The translations under genes were made by a program, and so were the position numbers. Shown here piece by piece: positions 60,085 to 64,000 of a DNA stretch of 64,000 nt. Source of the stretch: Thermoanaerobaculia bacterium. GTDB lineage: Bacteria > Acidobacteriota > Thermoanaerobaculia > Multivoradales > UBA5704. Below the pieces are notes generated by a model. The model made no database searches and was not told the DNA's origin. It was given only the letters and a program-made list of their open reading frames with translations. Every line of letters begins with the position of its first letter. The first letter of the stretch is position 1. The DNA lies in NCBI GenBank assembly GCA_044226625.1, contig JBGAGQ010000003.1:64001-128000 (forward strand). Reading direction: 5' to 3'.

Positions 60085-60167
60085 TGCCGGAGGCGGGACT
60101 CGAACCCGCATGACCTTGCGGCCGAAGGATTTTAAGTCCTCTGCGTCTGCCATTTCGCCACTCCGGC
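60085..60167 (-). tRNA. tRNA-Leu(TAA)
   Basis: GCCGGAG acceptor, TGGCGAAATGGCAGACGC D-arm, GAGGA-CTTAAAA-TCCTT anticodon arm, long variable arm, GCGGGTTCGAGTCCCGC T-arm; genomic 3' end A-CCT (CCA not encoded). Confidence 0.96.
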
Positions 60168-60290
60168 ATGGAGGGGATGCGGAGAATTGTAGTAGAGATT
60201 CGGAGCCGCTCCCAAGACAGCCTTCGTTCTCGAATGTAGTCTCTAAGCAGGGGAACGGCGACCGTGCGCGGCACTTTGGGAGAGCCTCGA

Positions 60291-60935
60291 ATGCGCATTG
60301 GAATTCTGGGGTCGGGGTTGATTGGGGGCGAGCTGGGCAAGCTGTTCGCGCGGGCCGGCCATGAGGTGATCTTCAGCTATTCCCGAGATGGGGCGAAGCT
60401 CGTCTCGCTCGCTCAAGAAGCTGGCGGGACGGCCCGTGCCGGCACGCCGCGCGAGGCGGCGGAGGGCGCGGACGCCCTCTTGCTTGCGGTCCACTGGTCG
60501 CGAATCCCCGACGTTTTGGAGCAAGCGGGAGACTTGTCGGGCAAAACGCTCATCAGCTGCTGCCTCCCCCGGGATGTCGACAACACCCGCCTCCTGATCG
60601 GCCACACATCGTCGGGTGCGGAAGAGCTGGCCAGGATGCTGCCTACCGCCCGGGTCGTCTCTGCGTTCCACACGATCCCCAACCAGGTCCTGGCCGGCGT
60701 CTTCGCCCGCCGACACGAGTCGCCGCGGCCGAGCCTGGTCTATTGCGGCGACGACGCGTGGAGCAAAGAGCTTGTAGCCGGGCTGATTCGATACATCGGA
60801 TTCGACCCTGTCGACGCGGGACCTCTGCCGATCGCTCGCTACACCGAGCCGTTCGCGCTGCTGATGGTGGAATTGGCGTACGGGGAAACGGCCGAACCGG
60901 ACCTCGGGTATCGGTTCGAGCACTTCCCGGGATGA
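60291..60935 (+). CDS. NADP oxidoreductase, F420-dependent-like family
   Basis: MRIGILGSGLIG, AGHEV, SGAEELA..LP.ARVV.AF.T, CGDD, GFDPVDAG.L..AR..EP. Confidence 0.88.
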   Translation: MRIGILGSGLIGGELGKLFARAGHEVIFSYSRDGAKLVSLAQEAGGTARAGTPREAAEGADALLLAVHWSRIPDVLEQAGDLSGKTLISCCLPRDVDNTRLLIGHTSSGAEELARMLPTARVVSAFHTIPNQVLAGVFARRHESPRPSLVYCGDDAWSKELVAGLIRYIGFDPVDAGPLPIARYTEPFALLMVELAYGETAEPDLGYRFEHFPG

Positions 60936-61044
60936 CGGTTTTGAAGGTCGCGAGCTGGACGCCCGGCGAGGTCTGATCGACAGCTGGGGACAGCACAGGC
61001 CAGCCGGCGACATCGCCGGCCGGCCTGCTATTGAAACAGTCGAA

Positions 61045-63787
<2,743 letters not shown>

Positions 63788-63793
63788 GAGGCA

Positions 63794-63824
63794 AGACTAG
63801 ATCAAAGTTTGGAGTGATTCAAGA
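63794..63824 (-). promoter_or_regulatory. Leaderless furA promoter with an overlapping candidate FurA operator
   Basis: TTGAAT (63822-63817), N17, TAGTCT (63799-63794), 6 nt before GTG 63787; AT-rich TCTTGAATCACTCCAAA overlaps the -35. Confidence 0.6.
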
Positions 63825-63868
63825 TCTGGAGGCGTGCGCTTCCTCCAAAGAGGCTGATGCTCCGAGGC

Positions 63869-64000
63869 CACCGGTGGCCTGAACCCGATCACCCCTGAGC
63901 TGGACACGATCACCAGTGATTTGGACCGGAACACCAGTGATCTGGACCAGAACACCACTGATCCGGACCAGAACACCAGTGATCTGGACCGGCACACCAG
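63869..64000. repeat. 21-bp tandem repeat (at least 6 copies, runs off the window)
   Basis: Consensus CACCAGTGATCTGGACCAGAA; units start at 63869, 63890, 63911, 63932, 63953, 63974 and 63995. Confidence 0.9.

Noticed and set aside
54000-60167. Intact integrative element or prophage at tRNA-Leu
   Set aside because: No integrase or phage genes, and I could not find a duplicated tRNA 3' end (att site) by eye.
59905-60340. Short ORFs overlapping the tRNA
   Set aside because: They are translations of the tRNA-Leu sequence and its flanks.
63869-64000. CRISPR array
   Set aside because: Head-to-tail 21-bp units with no spacers.

Overview
High-GC bacterial chromosomal window, most consistent with Acidobacteriota, probably Thermoanaerobaculia-like (inferred from the PadR + duplicated orphan ABC permease pair and several lineage-typical secreted and TPR proteins). 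About 50 CDSs can be supported. Housekeeping and metabolic genes include pgi-glk, osmC, HMG-CoA synthase, hbd, lemA, thyA-folA, egtB, rmuC, hemE and furA-katG. Transport genes include a TonB receptor, an ADOP permease, a Ca2+/H+ antiporter and three tandem periplasmic adaptors with a MacB-like permease. There is also a NarK-fused molybdoenzyme/Rieske operon and one tRNA-Leu(TAA) flanked by a low-GC OLD-family nuclease and a frameshifted nuclease-toxin gene. The strongest candidates for undescribed systems are: (1) a MamK-like actin, with no magnetosome genes, translationally linked to a peptidoglycan amidase and downstream of a PilZ-Pro-rich-TM-AMIN protein; (2) a small secreted GxxDPxG peptide gene and a Zn-finger/TPR protein gene that share the bipartite upstream motif TTGTCYCG-N16-CAACAATG, suggesting a peptide-receptor signalling pair; (3) a 20-bp-periodic, palindromically arranged AT-rich array between convergent genes. 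All assignments come from motif recognition by eye; no searches were run.
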